Shown in pieces: positions 24,148-37,190 of a stretch of DNA of 64,000 nt (the stretch's first letter is position 1; every line of letters begins with the position of its first letter). Location of the stretch: assembly GCA_030390025.1 (NCBI GenBank), contig CM059433.1:31188001-31252000 (forward strand), read 5' to 3'. Made by a program: the position numbers and the translations under genes. The notes beneath the pieces are model-generated. The model saw only the letters and a list, made by a program, of their open reading frames with translations. It searched no databases and was not told the DNA's origin. This stretch comes from Squalus acanthias (taxonomy: Eukaryota).

Positions 24148-24515
24148 TGAAAGACTTGTATTTATGTAGCACCTTTCACAACCTCAAGATGTCCCAAAGC
24201 GCTTTACAGCGAATCAATTACTTTTGAAGTGTAGTCACTGTTGTAATGTAGGGAACGCGGCAGCTAATCTGCGCACAGCAAGCTCCCACAAACAGCAACG
24301 AGATAATGATGTTGGTTGAGGGATAAATATTGGCCAGGACACCGGGGATAACTCCCCTGCTCTTCATCAAAATAGTGCCATGGGATCATTTACATCCACC
24401 CGGGAGGGCAAACGGAGCTTCGTTTTAACGTCACATCTGAAAGATGGCACCTCCAACAGTGCAGCACTCCTTCAGTACTGCACTGAAGTGTCAGCCTAGA
24501 TTATGTGTGCAAGAC
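24148..24515 (-). mobile_element. DeuSINE
   Basis: Reverse-complement SINE body and tail. Confidence 0.85.
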
Positions 24516-24686
24516 TTTGTTGTGACCCTGTAAACTTCACTGAGAAATCAGGCACTACACTAACTGCTTTAAAGTCAATATGGGGCTTCCTTGTAGCATT
24601 CATATCTATTCATCCTTGATGCCAAATCTTTTCATGCCTGGTACAACTGACTTACTTTAAAAGCAATACTAATGAAAAAGGGTTAC

Positions 24687-24800
24687 CTTCTGGGCAAAAG
24701 CAATTGTACATATTGAATTCATCTTGACAGACAGCCCCGTTCTGACATGGTTCTGACTCACACTCGTTCACCTCTGTCTCACAGTAAGACCCAGAAAAAC
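24687..24800 (-). CDS. Internal exon A of a multi-EGF (Notch/Crumbs/EYS/fibropellin-like) gene; calcium-binding EGF repeat
   Basis: Minus strand tcttcccacag|GTTTTTCT...CCAGAAG|gtaacc; 114 nt, phase 1-1. Translates (G)[37 protein letters not shown](G), canonical EGF cysteine spacing. Confidence 0.93.
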
Positions 24801-24957
24801 CTGTGGGAAGATGATGTCACATGTTAGAGTACACGTTGTACAGACAGTCCCTCGGTACAATAACATCTGAGCTGTTTGCATTTGTTCAGCACATTCAATC
24901 CCTATTTAACAGAGGAGCAATTGATTTGCAATTCACAATGACTCTGCGTTCATTGTT

Positions 24958-25476
24958 CCGTAAACTTCAGCTCATCCGAAACTCTGATGCCCGTATCCTA
25001 ACTTGCACCAAGTCCCGTTCACCCATCAGTGATCCCCTGTGCTCGCTGACCTGCATCGGCACCCGGTCCAGCAACGACTCAAATTAAAAATTCTCATCCT
25101 TGTGTTCAAATCCAACCCTGGCCTCAACCCTCCCTATCTCTGTAACCTCCTCCAGCCCTACAACCCCCTCGAGATATCTGCGCCCCTCTAATTCTGGCCT
25201 CTTGTGCATCCCACACTTGTACACCCTACCATTGGCGGTCATGCCTGCAGCTGCCTAGGCCCCAAGCTCTGAAATTCCTGCCCTAAACCACTCCACCTCT
25301 CTCTGCCCTCCTTTAAAATGCTCCCGAAAACCTACTGCTTTGACCAAGCTTTTGGTCACCTGTCGTAATGTCTCCTGATGTGACTGGGTGTCAATACTTG
25401 TCTGATCACCCTCCTGTGAAGCGCCTGGGGACGTTTTATTACATTAAAGGTGCTGTATAAACACAAGTTGTTGTTT
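24958..25476 (+). mobile_element. L2 LINE 3' end
   Basis: KLQLIRNSDARILTCTK...; tail ctgtgaagcgcctgggg...acaagttgttgtt. Confidence 0.82.
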
Positions 25477-25889
25477 TTATTGCTGTATATACAAATGGCA
25501 GTGGCTTAAATGCACAATCATATAACGCTACGCACAGCATTAAACTACTGGCCTGCTTATACATCCCAAAACTAACGGTCGAATGTATGATTTCTATGAA
25601 TTGGAAAATGGCACAACTATTACAAACTAATCTGTAAATAACTAGAAGTTCTGCATCTGTTGCATGTCCACATGGGGTGGTAAAGTGTCTGACGTATCCA
25701 TCGGGGCAAATTGGGTCCAATTTCACAAATACTAAGAAGCAACCACTCAAAAAACACTTAAATGCTCGATGAAATATAGGAGTATATATTCCGACCAGTG
25801 TTCTGCATTAATGGCTGTGGCAAAAACATGAGGAATTTAGTATGAGCACTTTAAGCTGCAGTACACTAATAGTACTGGTCAAGAAATAC

Positions 25890-26210
25890 AGAATTACATG
25901 TTATGTATAGCGCTGAAACAGGCCATTCGGCCCAACTGGTCCATGCCGGTGTTTATGCTGCACACGAGCCTCCTCCCACCCTACTTCATCTAACCCCATC
26001 AACATATCCTCCTATTCTTTTCTCCCTCTTTTACTTATCAAGCTTCCCCTTAAATGCTATTTGCCTCAACTACTCCATGTGGTAGCGAGTTCCACGTTCT
26101 AACCACTCTCTGGACAAAGAAGTTTCTCTTGAATTCCCTATTGAATTTATTAGTGACTATCTTATATTTATGGCCCCTCGTTTTGGACTCCCCCACAAGT
26201 GGAAGCATAC
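25890..26210 (-). mobile_element. CR1 3' fragment
   Basis: Reverse complement of the 7920-8230 type tail. Confidence 0.8.
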
Positions 26211-26279
26211 CCCTAAAGTCTACTTCCTTATTTCTTTAAAAAAATCATCTCATTCACCAAATAAGGAACCAAATACATT

Positions 26280-27039
26280 GGGCCGGATATTCCGATCCCT
26301 ACGGATGTGTACGCGCTGTGTACCCACCCGTAGGGACATCGGAAATGCCGGTTTTAGGCATGCACTGCGCATGCGCTGGAAACCGCCATTTCCGATCTGT
26401 CAAGAAAGCTCTTGACAGATCCTCCGCCTGCCCGGGAGCAGGGCCTCTGCGGGCGGAGAGTTCCGTTTTTTGGAGACCCTCCGCCCGCAGAAAACCCTTA
26501 CAATTCTTGTGCCTGGTAAAAGCAGGCATAAGGCCTGCTTTTACCAGGATAAGAGTTGAAAAAAGTTTTTTTTTAAAATTTCCACTGATTTATCATTTAA
26601 AAATACTTTAAAAAAAGATAAGTTTATTTTTAGCCCCGTAAAAAACTTTAATTATTTTTTTGAAAAATTTAAAGTTTTGTTTAAAATAGTTAATATATTG
26701 TACTTTCAAGTCATTTTAAAAATATGATTTTTTTAATTTAAATTTATTTAAAGTTTTACTATGTTTTGGGAGTGATCACCATTCATATATTTGACAGGTC
26801 TTCCTGTCAAATGTATGAAGGGAGATTCCCTTCTTTGATTGGCTCCCCATGGCCCATGTGATCCCAGGGACGCTGCAAACTACCTGCGCCTCTGGGATAT
26901 GTGGGCCCTGCGCACCGGCAGTTTGGAGAGGCCCAGCATCGGAACTGTGCGCCTCCTGGAAGCCCTCCGGTAAGGGCGCAGATTTTTCCAGATCGCAGGC
27001 CTCCGCCCGCGGGAGGCCTGCGATCGGAAAATACGGGCC
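26280..27039 (-). mobile_element. MITE family A copy 2
   Basis: Reverse complement of 14743-15493; TSD ATT. Confidence 0.9.
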
Positions 27040-27069
27040 ATTACTGGAAAAAAAGATCAGAAACAATCT

Positions 27070-27420
27070 CATCATCATCAACAAGCATTTATACAACACC
27101 TTCATCATAGAACAATGGCCCAAGGTGCTTCACAGATGCTGAGCCAAAGAAGGGGATAATAGGAGAATTTTACGAAAAGCTTGGTCAAAAATGCGAGTTT
27201 TAAAGGTGGTGATGAGGTGGAGGGGTTTAGGAAGGGAATTCCAGAGCATGGGGCCTAGATGGCTGAAGGCACAGTCATCAAAGGTGGAGCAATAGCAAGG
27301 GGGTAGGGGGCTAAGAGGAGGTTAGAGTAAGAGGAACAGAGAGTTTGAGGAGAGGTGGGTGGTGCTGGAGGAGGTTGCCCCCATTGGGACGGGGGAGGCT
27401 ATAAAGAGGTTTAAAAATCT
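27070..27420 (-). mobile_element. Degraded L2 3' fragment
   Basis: aagcttggtcaaa...gggaattccagagc...ggctgaaggcac motifs shared with 47115-47610. Confidence 0.65.
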
Positions 27421-27999
27421 GTCCGATATATTTCACAGTCTTTTGAGCGGCCATGTGGTTTCCTCACCTCTCTCAATATACACCCCTAAAAAAAATTAAA
27501 AATAATTGTTGCATTTTCTTATGTTTTAAGAAAAATCACAAAAAGTTACTTATAAGTTTATCCGTTCCATCTTCAAATTCCTCCAATAACAGTTACCCAC
27601 AGGCAGTTCCCCCTCTACCGGGGGCCTCGGGATTACACCTTGGATCATTCGAACAGGCCATGGGAACCGAATATTGATCAATCCCTTTCCAGCAATACCA
27701 AAAAAAAGAGGCTCAACCAGCTGTGGTGGACTGCATCTTCCAGAATGCAGCAATGCCAAAATCAATCCTGAAACTGCCTCCACACAAAGGTCAACGGATC
27801 AGGTGAGATGGCTGCCTCCACATCTTTGGAAATGTTCAGTCATCTGCACACATCTGGTTGGATGTATTCCTGGAGGTCTCATCACATGAACGCTAGCCTC
27901 CGACAGCCCCGCCCACACGCTCCCACCATTGGTCGCCCAACATGTCCATCTTCATGGTGCACCGCTTTCCCAGCCAATTGGAAAGGGAACAGACTCTTT

Positions 28000-28368
28000 G
28001 GGCTGGATTTTGTCTTGGGGTCGGGTTGGGGTCGTGTAATCCGCATTTCGTGTTTCCCCCCCGACTCCAGATTAATGTGGATGCCTGATGCAATTTTCAC
28101 TTAATTGGGCAATTGAGTTGCAGCATGTGGGAACCCATGACCTAAGTAGTGGTTTCAGTCTGAAACCCGCCTCTGATGACGTCATCATTGCTGACTGCCT
28201 GCTCTCAGAGATTGTGTGGCTGCTGGTGAGTGAGGACCTTTCTGTATTGCTTCTGATGTGAGTGAGGACCTTTCTGTATTGCTTCTGATGTGAGTGAGGA
28301 CCTTTCTGTATTACTTCTGATGTGAGTGAGGACCTTTCTGTATTGCTTCTGATGTGAGTGGACCTGGA

Positions 28369-28399
<31 letters not shown>

Positions 28400-28861
28400 A
28401 TTTTTTTTGCATCCAGGTCCTCTCACATCAAAGGCCAGGCAGTCTCTGAAGACATTCAATGCAGTAGCATCAGAGGCGACTTTCAGACCTAATACTACTA
28501 CTACCTTCATCACATCTCCGTTGTAATAGTGCACCTGCAGCTGATAGTCAGCTATCCACTTGTGCTCCCGCCAAGTTTCACTGGAGTGTTTCACACCAGG
28601 CGTGCATCACATCAGAAAAGGGTTAAACTAGCTACAACGTTTCAAAATAGCATTACAGACCCAATTTAGGGCTTGTTAAGGGCTTTAATGGCCTCTCCCG
28701 CCTCTTGCAGGCGGGAGAGAGTCGGGAACCCCGCGACTGATTTTGTCAAAATTGCGTGGAGGCGGGATGGAGGCGGGATGGGGTCGGAAACCCCGACCCC
28801 GCAAATTTAACCCCCCGCACGCCTCCAAACCCGACTCCATGGGTCATTCAAAATCCAGCCC
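28000..28861 (+). mobile_element. MITE family B copy
   Basis: TIRs gggctggatttt / aaaatccagccc, TSD TTT. Confidence 0.87.
28226..28398 (+). repeat. 32-bp tandem repeat (x4) followed by (GA)n
   Basis: gtgagtgaggacctttctgtattgcttctgat repeated four times. Confidence 0.92.
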
Positions 28862-29249
28862 TTTGTTCCTCAATTGGATGATTCATGACTGTCAGTCAAA
28901 CAGCCTTTTACCCATCGCTAATATTTTTACAACTAATAAAGAAAAGTGTTCAAAGAAAATGAAGTAAAACACATTCCCCAATGATTTTTCTCCCTGGGTG
29001 TTGCTCACAGCAGTGTCCTGGAGATTAATCTTTAATTCCTGGAAACTCCAGGCCAATCCTGGAAGGTTGGCGACCCTATTACACAACAATGTGACACATG
29101 TTCGATAACAATGACAATTTTTTTTTTAAAACATACATTATGCTAGTGGAGTTAAGTCACAGATTTACACATTAAAAAGAAGCTGATGTAAAACATCAAG
29201 GACAAGTATCTTTAAATTCCACCATGGAAATCTAATGTACAAACGCTTA

Positions 29250-29680
29250 AGAAAGAAAGAACATGCATTTGTATTGCGCCTTTGCACAACCTCAGGACAT
29301 TCCTATGTGCCATTGATGTAGTTTTGAACTGTAGTCACTGTTGTAGTGTAGGAAATGCAGCAGCTAGATTGTGCACAACAAGGTCCCACAGACAGCAATG
29401 TGATAATGACCAGATCATCTGTTTTTTAGTGAAGTTGGTTGAAGGATAAATGTTGGCCAGGATACAGGGGAGAACTCCCCTGTTCTTTTCTGCAAATAGT
29501 GCTGTGGGATCTTATACGTCCACCTGAAAGACGGCACACTCTGATAGTGCAGCACTCCCTCAGTACTGCACTGGAGTGTCAGCCTAGATTGTTGTGCTCA
29601 AGACTCTGGAGTGGGGCTTTGAATCCACAGCCTTCTGACTCAGAGGTGAGAGTGCTACCTACTGAGCCAAGGCTGACACT
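29250..29680 (-). mobile_element. DeuSINE
   Basis: Reverse-complement SINE. Confidence 0.82.
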
Positions 29681-30150
29681 TAAACATTCATTTGAAATTT
29701 TTGTGCTGTTATTTTACCAGAATTGCTAACCTGTTGGTTTTGAATTTAATAGTAGGGGAATCTCGGGGCCAACCAGATGTAGCTAGTAATGGAAACTGAA
29801 AGCACTTTGCAATGTGATATTAGGAGGGACAGGATGATAAAAATAAGAGCAGTGATTGTGGACATTGAGGATTGGAGGAGCTCAGAGAAAATTCAGTGCA
29901 TGGTTATTTCTACTGAAAGGATTTTATAAATTAAGTTATTAATGCAGTTTATTAACTGCTGACTGAATTTAAGTGATTAAGCTAGTGACTGAATGTAATC
30001 ATTAATTAAGTTCCTGGCTAAATGTAATAACTAATTTATTTACTAACTGTCTTTGAAGGATCTTTATATTGAACGCATTTTATAAATTAATGAGTTGCTC
30101 ATTACAATTAATGATGAAGCTAATGCCTCAATTTATTAATCTATAACTTA

Positions 30151-30610
30151 AGCAGCCAAGACAAAGCAGCCCGCTTGATTAGCACCCCCTCTACCACCTT
30201 AAACATTCACTCCCTCCACCACCGGCGCACCGTGGCTGCAGTGTGTCCCAGCTACAAGATGCACTGCAGCAACTCGCCAAGGCTTCTTCGGCAGCACCTC
30301 CCAAACCCGCGACCTCTACCACCTAGAAGGACAAGGGCAGCAAACACATGGGAACACCACCACCTCCAAGTTCCCCTACAAGTCACACATCATCCTGACT
30401 TAGAAGTATATCGCCGATCCTTCATCGTCGCTGGGTCAAAATTCTGGAACTCCCTCCGTAACAGCACTGTGGGGGTACCTTCACCACACGGACTGCAGCG
30501 GTTCAAGAAGGCGGCTCACCACCACCTTCTCAAGGGCAACTAGGGATGGGCTATAAATGCTGGCCTTGCCAGCGATGCCCACATCCCATAAAAATGAATT
30601 TAAAAAAAAA
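30151..30610 (+). mobile_element. Non-LTR retrotransposon 3' end (jockey-group); second copy at about 57822-58050
   Basis: HSLHHRRTVAAV..YKMH..KFWNSL..RFKKAAHHHL peptide and an A-rich end; same tail at 57822-58050. Confidence 0.75.
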
Positions 30611-30956
30611 CTCATCGATTTGAGCCTAAATGCTTTGTCTATGAGCAATGCCATTTCATACTGAAAAAAAGCCTAACCCAAGGGCCCATAAAATTGCACC
30701 AAACAGCCAGGGTACAATTACTGTGTGGTGCAGTTGCCAACCCTCCAGGATTGGCCTGGAGTCTCCAGGAATTAAAGATGAATCTCCAGAACACTGCTGC
30801 GAGTAACCCAGGAGAAAAATCATATGGGGGGCATTAAAAAAAAGTCTGTTGTTTTCATTTTCTTTGAGCACTTTCATTTATTCGTTGCAAAAATATTGGA
30901 GATGGGAAAATTGACTGTTTGTCTGACAGTCAAGAATCATCCAATCGAGTAACAAA

Positions 30957-31905
30957 GGTCGCGATTTCGTCGACCGAGGTGGGTCCAGGGCGGCCGGGGT
31001 CGGTGTCGAGGTCCCAGCCCGCTGCCTACTGCAGCCCGCACTCTCCGAGTGTGAAAGGAATGGTTTGGGCATTGTAGGGTTGTTTTATGGTGTTGGTGTG
31101 GGATGGTGCCAACCTGGCGCATCATGTGGTATCCAGGGTGTACAGTGTCAACTGAAGTAAATCTGGCCATGGTGAGGTCATCCCTGGCATCCCGGGCAGC
31201 AATGTGGTCGGGTGCTGATGCCCTGTGTCCTGTGCAGCATCAGTTGATTGCAGAGAAGGCTGTTGTTGTTGTTGTTAGTGCTGGTGTGCCCGGTGATGCT
31301 GGTGTTGGGGCTGATCTTGGTGGGATTCTGAGGACCAAGGTGAGATATTTTCAAGGGCAACGGTGCTAATGGAATAGATGGCAGGTGAGGTTGAGATGAC
31401 AGAAGCGATCTGTCAATTGGTTGTTCCAATGAGGTGACACTGGATAGAGAGTTGGCTCCAAACACTTGCAACCTGCATAAAGCTCAATCTGTCTTCCAAA
31501 CGCAGTAACCAACAGTTTCTGAGCTTTGAAAGTGAACAGCTGTAACACAGGATCTTTTATACAACTTTGGCAGCTGTCAGGACATGAGATAATTCAATGC
31601 TGAATCCACTCATGACATGTTGAGCTAACGTGTTCCCCGAGCAGCGGGTAACCCATGGGGGAGCACGTAAAATTGAAATGTAGGCTTAAAATAACAGTTA
31701 ATTGGATGTTAACAACCCATCTAATGATGTGAATTGCCTCCCCCGCCGCTTGGTGTCGGGTCTGTTCAGCGCCAACAGACCCGACACCTGGGAGACTCGC
31801 ATGGAGGCGGGTTGACAGCAGGTTCCCTACCCGCTGTCAATCTTTGTTATTTTGACAGCTGACCCGCCTCCGAACTCGCCCTCTGAGCACCGGCAAAATT
31901 CAGCC
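30957..31905 (-). mobile_element. Internally deleted Harbinger-like element
   Basis: Imperfect GG-starting TIRs, TSD AAA. The minus strand gives a Q/H-rich stretch joined to HIAARDARDDLTMARF, resembling a Harbinger transposase C-terminus (recalled similarity). Confidence 0.55.
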
Positions 31906-32199
31906 AAAAGCGTCTGTTCACTATACACTTGGTGTGGGAAGGCGGGGCGTTGCGAGGATGGACGGGTCGGCCGACCACTGGCGGAAGCGTGGGAGCGGGG
32001 CGGTTGACAGCTCATGTGATGAAACCTCCAGGAATATGTCCAGCCAGAGAGCGAACCCTAATGTGTGGCTTACCATCCACCTCAATACACCAGCAGGCTT
32101 CCAGCAGAACAGAGTGCCCCTTTTATGGCTGAACTGGACACTCATCGGTGATTCCAGTTGGGGGGGTGGGGGGGGGCTACAATTGGCCTCAGCACCCCT

Positions 32200-33490
32200 T
32201 GGTCATAAATTAACTGGTGGCCGCTATGCTGTGGTACCGGTTGGTCACTTTGATCCCTTCCCCTGAGTTTGTCACCAAGATACAGAAGAAGCTTGTTGAC
32301 TTCTTCTGGGACAAAAGAAAGCATTGGGTCTCTGCCGCGATTCTGAGTCTCCTGCTTAGGGAGAGCGGTCAGGCGCTGGTGTGCCTTCGTTCCCAGGCTG
32401 CGACTTTCCGTCTTCAGACCCTGCAGAGATACCTGTACGTCGAGCATCCTCCTAGATGGTGTGCGTTGGCAACGTAATTCTTCCGCCAGCTGCACGGCCT
32501 CAATTACGACACGCAGTTCCTGTTTGTAAGCCTGGGGGTGCCCGTGCCTCCTTGCGGGAGCTGCCTGTCTTCTACCAGGAACTGATCAGGGTCTGGAACA
32601 AGGTCGCCTGCAGACGGAGTTCTCCCCCGTCAGGAGTGGCGGCTGTCCTTCGGGAGCCGCTGCTCAGGAATCCGCACCTCCACGACCTGACCCCTGTTCG
32701 GACGGAATTCCTCATCGGCGCCCGGCCCCGAAACCTCCCTCGAGAGCCGGTGCCTCACAACTTGAGCCGTCTCCGGGAAATCCCTTCCATGCCTTTCCAT
32801 TCTGCATGGAGGGGATTCCTGTACGGGCTGCTCTAGCACACCCTCCATTTTGTCATCCTTGTCTGCCGTCCGGACATGCCTTGGCGCACCATCTTGCCAC
32901 CCGGAGGAGGCAGGGGTCACCATGGAGGGCTCTCTACGCGGAAGTCCTCCCTTTATCTATTGGGGACGTGGCCTGGTGGGTGTTACACGGGGCTGACCCA
33001 TGCAATAAAGTTTTAAGTCGGTTCACTACTCCCAGGCCGCCTGCATTTTCTGCGGCCTGGAGGAGTCCGTGTTCCACATATACATGGAATGTGAGAGGTT
33101 GCAGCCCCTCTTCCACTACTTGAAGGGGCTGCTCCTCGATTTTTGGTTGCACTTTAGACCCATGCTCCTGATCTTTGGTCACCCGGTGTGGAGGGGAACG
33201 GGCAGGTCGGGGGACCTCCTCGTGGGACTGCTCCTGGGCCTGGCCAAGGTGGCCATAAACTGATCGAGACAGCGGGCGATTGAAGGGGTTGTTCGGCCCG
33301 ACTGCCTGCCTCTCTTCTGCGGCCACATGCGTGCCCGGGTGGCCCTGGAGATGGAGCACGCGGTGTCCGCCGGCACGCTCGAGGCCTTCTGCGACCGGTG
33401 GGCACCGCAGGGACTGGAGTGCATCATCACCCCCGGAAACAAAATTTTTATTTGATTTGTTAAGTTTCCTTTTACTTTTTTTTTAAGTTA
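32200..33490 (+). mobile_element. Tx1-clade (L1 group) LINE ORF2 3' fragment, decayed
   Basis: MLWYRLVTL...IQKKLVDFFW..HWVS, FRLQTLQRYLY and zinc-knuckle FCGLEESVFHIYMECERL; several stops. Confidence 0.85.
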
Positions 33491-34344
33491 CAGTCCTTAT
33501 TGGTTGTGCTCCTGTAAAATTAGGGCACATGCTAAAACTTAATTAGGCAACTGGGTATTGCCTCTGATTAAAATCAGAGATAAAGGAGTGTCGTGCCAGT
33601 GCTGATCCACTTATAGTCATTTTCGAGGTTTTGGTCTCACCATTTGGATGCTGAATATAACCAAAACAAACTGAACCCCTCAGCTGTAACTGGGCAATAT
33701 TGTTGCATAATTTTTAAAAATGTATTATTATTATTATGGAACGGCCAAAGTTTATAGTGCAGGGTACCAAGGTTGGAGAACAGACAAAATAAATGAAGAC
33801 ATCAGGTTATGATTAGCTTGGGTTTTGAAAAGCTGGTAGGAAGGGAGAACAAAGGCAAGGAGATCTATAAAGAAAGAACTTGCATTTATATAGTGCCTTT
33901 CATGACCTGAAGACATCCCAAAGCGCTTTACATTCAATGACCATTGATGGCCCTTGGAATGGATGAGTTAGAGCACTAACAATGGAGCTGAACCTGAAAC
34001 ACTAACTCATTTTTTTTCAGGTCTTAGCAGACGTACTCTGCATTCCCGGCACCGTCTATTTTTGTGGCAGAGAGTACAATGATTGACAGCTCAGCGCAAC
34101 ATTACTGGAGGCTTTGGGAAGGTGTCAAATGTGATTTTCTTCAAAAACTGAAGTTAGGGTTGAAGGAAAAAGTGGCAGCACTCTAATTAGATCAACAGTG
34201 CTGGGTTTGAGGGAAGAGTCGGCATAACTCATTACGTTAATCAGTTTGACATTCCTTGGGTTAGAAGAGGCGAAGCATAGGAGTCATTATGGTTTCCAAA
34301 AATAACCAGCCAGAATTAAGTTGATTGGACAGAGAGCGCATGTA

Positions 34345-34570
34345 AAAACATTTAGATTTATATAGTGTCTTTCACGACCTCAGAACGTCCCAAAGCGCTT
34401 TACAGCTAACTAAGTACTTTTTGAAGTGTAGTGACTGTTGTAATGTCGGAAACGCGGCAGCCAAAATGCGCACAGCAAGGTCCCACAAACAGCAATGAGA
34501 TAATGACCAGATCATCTGTTTGGTGATGTTGGTTGAGGGATAAATATTGGCCAGGACACTGGGAGAACTC
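34345..34570 (-). mobile_element. DeuSINE 3' half
   Basis: Reverse-complement SINE tail and body. Confidence 0.8.
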
Positions 34571-36003
34571 TAAAGTAGAAGAGAAAAGTGGATGGCAATG
34601 AAGAATAATAGACCAGGCCGGGAAATGAAGAGTGAAAAGTTAAGATGAAGACAGGCAGACTACTTTTGCAGTGGAGGTTTGAGTTTTTGCATTTATTGGA
34701 TTTTTATGTCTGGGGATGTTTGGATTTTTCTGTATATGGGACTCTTGAATATTTGGGTAAGGTGGGAGGGAGGAGCTTGGATTCTTTGTGCACTTATTTA
34801 CCACACTCACTGGTTGTAGCACGTGGGATCTAGACCCTGCTCCACAAGGTGGGATACCCCTGGCAGATCACATTGTATCGCCATGTTCTGATTTGTGGCA
34901 CAGTACCCAAGTGGGTGCTTTATAACAGCTCAGCTATTTCAGTGCCTCTTTCCAATTTCTCCAGATAAATTTTCAATAATATAGCCCCACATATTAAAGA
35001 GGATTTGCTATTTTACTTCTATAACAGTGGCAATTGATTAGAAAAAAATACACAGAACTTTAAAACACTTCTTAATTTATCGTGCCCTTGAAGTAAATGG
35101 AACGGACTTCACAGTGAGAAGTGACACTACCATCTTTGAAAGGTTAATGATGCCACTTGCTCCTCGAATTAAACTGAGGAAATTTGCCCTCTTTTTCATT
35201 AAAATAAAACAATTACTTTTCTCCGAATAAATGAGCCAGAATCTATGTCAATTTGAATCACAGTTTGGAAATGTTTCAATTTACTGTTGGGTTAGTTATG
35301 TGTCATCAAGACTGACTCATTGGGCTCTGACTCTGAAAAAGCCGACCAGAATTTTTATTCACTGCTCCCAATTGCCTGGTTTTTACTTCTTGGCACACTG
35401 ATCAACCTACCCTATTTTTCTTTTCTGATTGCAATTTAAACATTGCACAGAGAGCTGTGGATGCTTGAGAGTCCTTATAAATGCACATACCCCCAATGAA
35501 GAGCTTTGTTTCCTGGTGGAGCTTGTGTAGTGATGAAATGTAAGCCAACTAGTGATTTAGCAATATATGAGCAGCCTGTTTCAAAGGCCCCACTGCAACC
35601 AGAAGGCCTCAGATATTGCTCCTGAACCGCAGGACACAAGATACCTTTGGTTCAGGAGGAAGCAGCAAGTAGGTCCTAGTGAGTTACGGAGAAAGTGAGG
35701 CACAGACCATTGCTTATGATGGGATGCCATTGGCGGAGTTGGTGAGGATGTAAACAGCTACAGTAGACGTCCAGCGTGCTGAGTGGGTCTCTTGTGTTGG
35801 CTGTCAATACAGGTCTTAGCGGGCCTGCCTTCCAACTCAAATTTAAAATTATGGTTCATCCCCACTCACATGGCAGTGGAAGGGGGTATGGTTAGGTTGG
35901 ATAAATGGTTGTCTGCACTGCAGTCTGGCATCGACCAAGTTGCTGTGGTTGTTGGGTGGTTGTTGGGTGTTTTCACTTGCCTGTCTCTCGGTCTTAATAT
36001 ACT

Positions 36004-36663
36004 GGGCAGAATTTTCATTGACCCATGGAGGTGGGTTTGGAGGCGTGTGGGGGGTTAAAATTGCGAAAACTGGCGGGCGGGCACAAGGCCACCTCCATCC
36101 CGCCTCCACGCAATTTTCATTAAATTGTGTCTGCTGGACCCGACTCTGTCCCGCCTCCAAGAGGCGGGATAGGCTGTTAAGGCCCTTAACAAGCACTAAA
36201 TTGCCTCTATAATGCCATTTTGAAAGGCCTTTGTGATTTTAACCCTTTTACTACGTGAAGCATGCCTGTTCTGAACCACGAATGTGAAACCTGGCGGTAG
36301 CACATTTCAGTAGCTGACTATCAGCTGCAGGTCCACTATTACAATGTGGTGGCGGTGGTGGTGGTGGTACAAAAATATCTGGGAGCAGACGTAGGGCTGC
36401 TGCTGCTCATTTTGCCTCCAGGTCCTCTCACAGCAAAGGCCAGGCAGTCTTTACAGACATTCAATGCAGCAGCAATGATGACATCATCAAAGGCAACTTT
36501 TAGACTGAAAACACTAATTGGGTCATGGGTTCCCACATGCTGGAACTCAATTGCCCAATTAGGTGAAAATCGCATCAATCTCCCACATCCAACTGGAGTC
36601 GGGTGGATAACACGAAAAGTGGATAACACGACCCCAGCCCGCCCCAGTATCAAAATCCAGCCC
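36004..36663 (-). mobile_element. MITE family B copy
   Basis: Reverse complement of 18827-19418; TSD ACT. Confidence 0.87.
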
Positions 36664-37190
36664 ACTGAGTGGAGTAACGAGTCTCAAACAAATTCAATTG
36701 TTCTCACTGTGGATACGAAATTGGCTAAGGGACAGAAAGCAGAGAGTAGCGGTGAACGGTTGTTTTTCAGACTGGAGGGAAGTATGCAGTGCTGTTCCCC
36801 AGGGGTCGGTATTAGGATCACTGCTTTTCTTGATATATATTAATGACCTGGACATGTGTATACAGGGAATAATTTCAAAGTTTGTAGATGGCACAAAACT
36901 AGAAAATGTAGTAAACAATGATGAGGATAGTAACAGACTTCAGGAGGACACAGACTGGTGAAATAGGCAGACACATGGCAGATGAAATTTAGCGCAGAGA
37001 GGCGTGAAGTGATACATATTGGTAGGAAGTAAGAGGATAGGTAATATAAACTAAATGGTACAATTTTAAAAGGGGTGCAGGAAAAGAGAGACCTGGGGGT
37101 GTATGTACAGAAGTCTATGAAGGTGGCATGACTAGTGAGAATGCTGTTAAAAAAAGAATATGGAATCCTTGGCTTTATTAATAGAGGTCA

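Larger units (their letters stand above)
27800..29078. mobile_element. hAT-like (agggttgccaac terminus) MITE of about 400 bp, split by a family B MITE; related copies at about 30731-32050 and 44310-44690
   Basis: Shared cctggagattaatcttt...ggaaggttggcgacccta end and ggatgattcttgactgtcagtcaaacag-like core among the three copies. Superfamily is inferred from the terminus only. Confidence 0.6.

Noticed and set aside
5342..24800. Assigning the symbol EYS, CRB1 or NOTCH to the EGF gene
   Set aside because: EGF repeats alone are not diagnostic and I cannot match these to a specific gene without a search.
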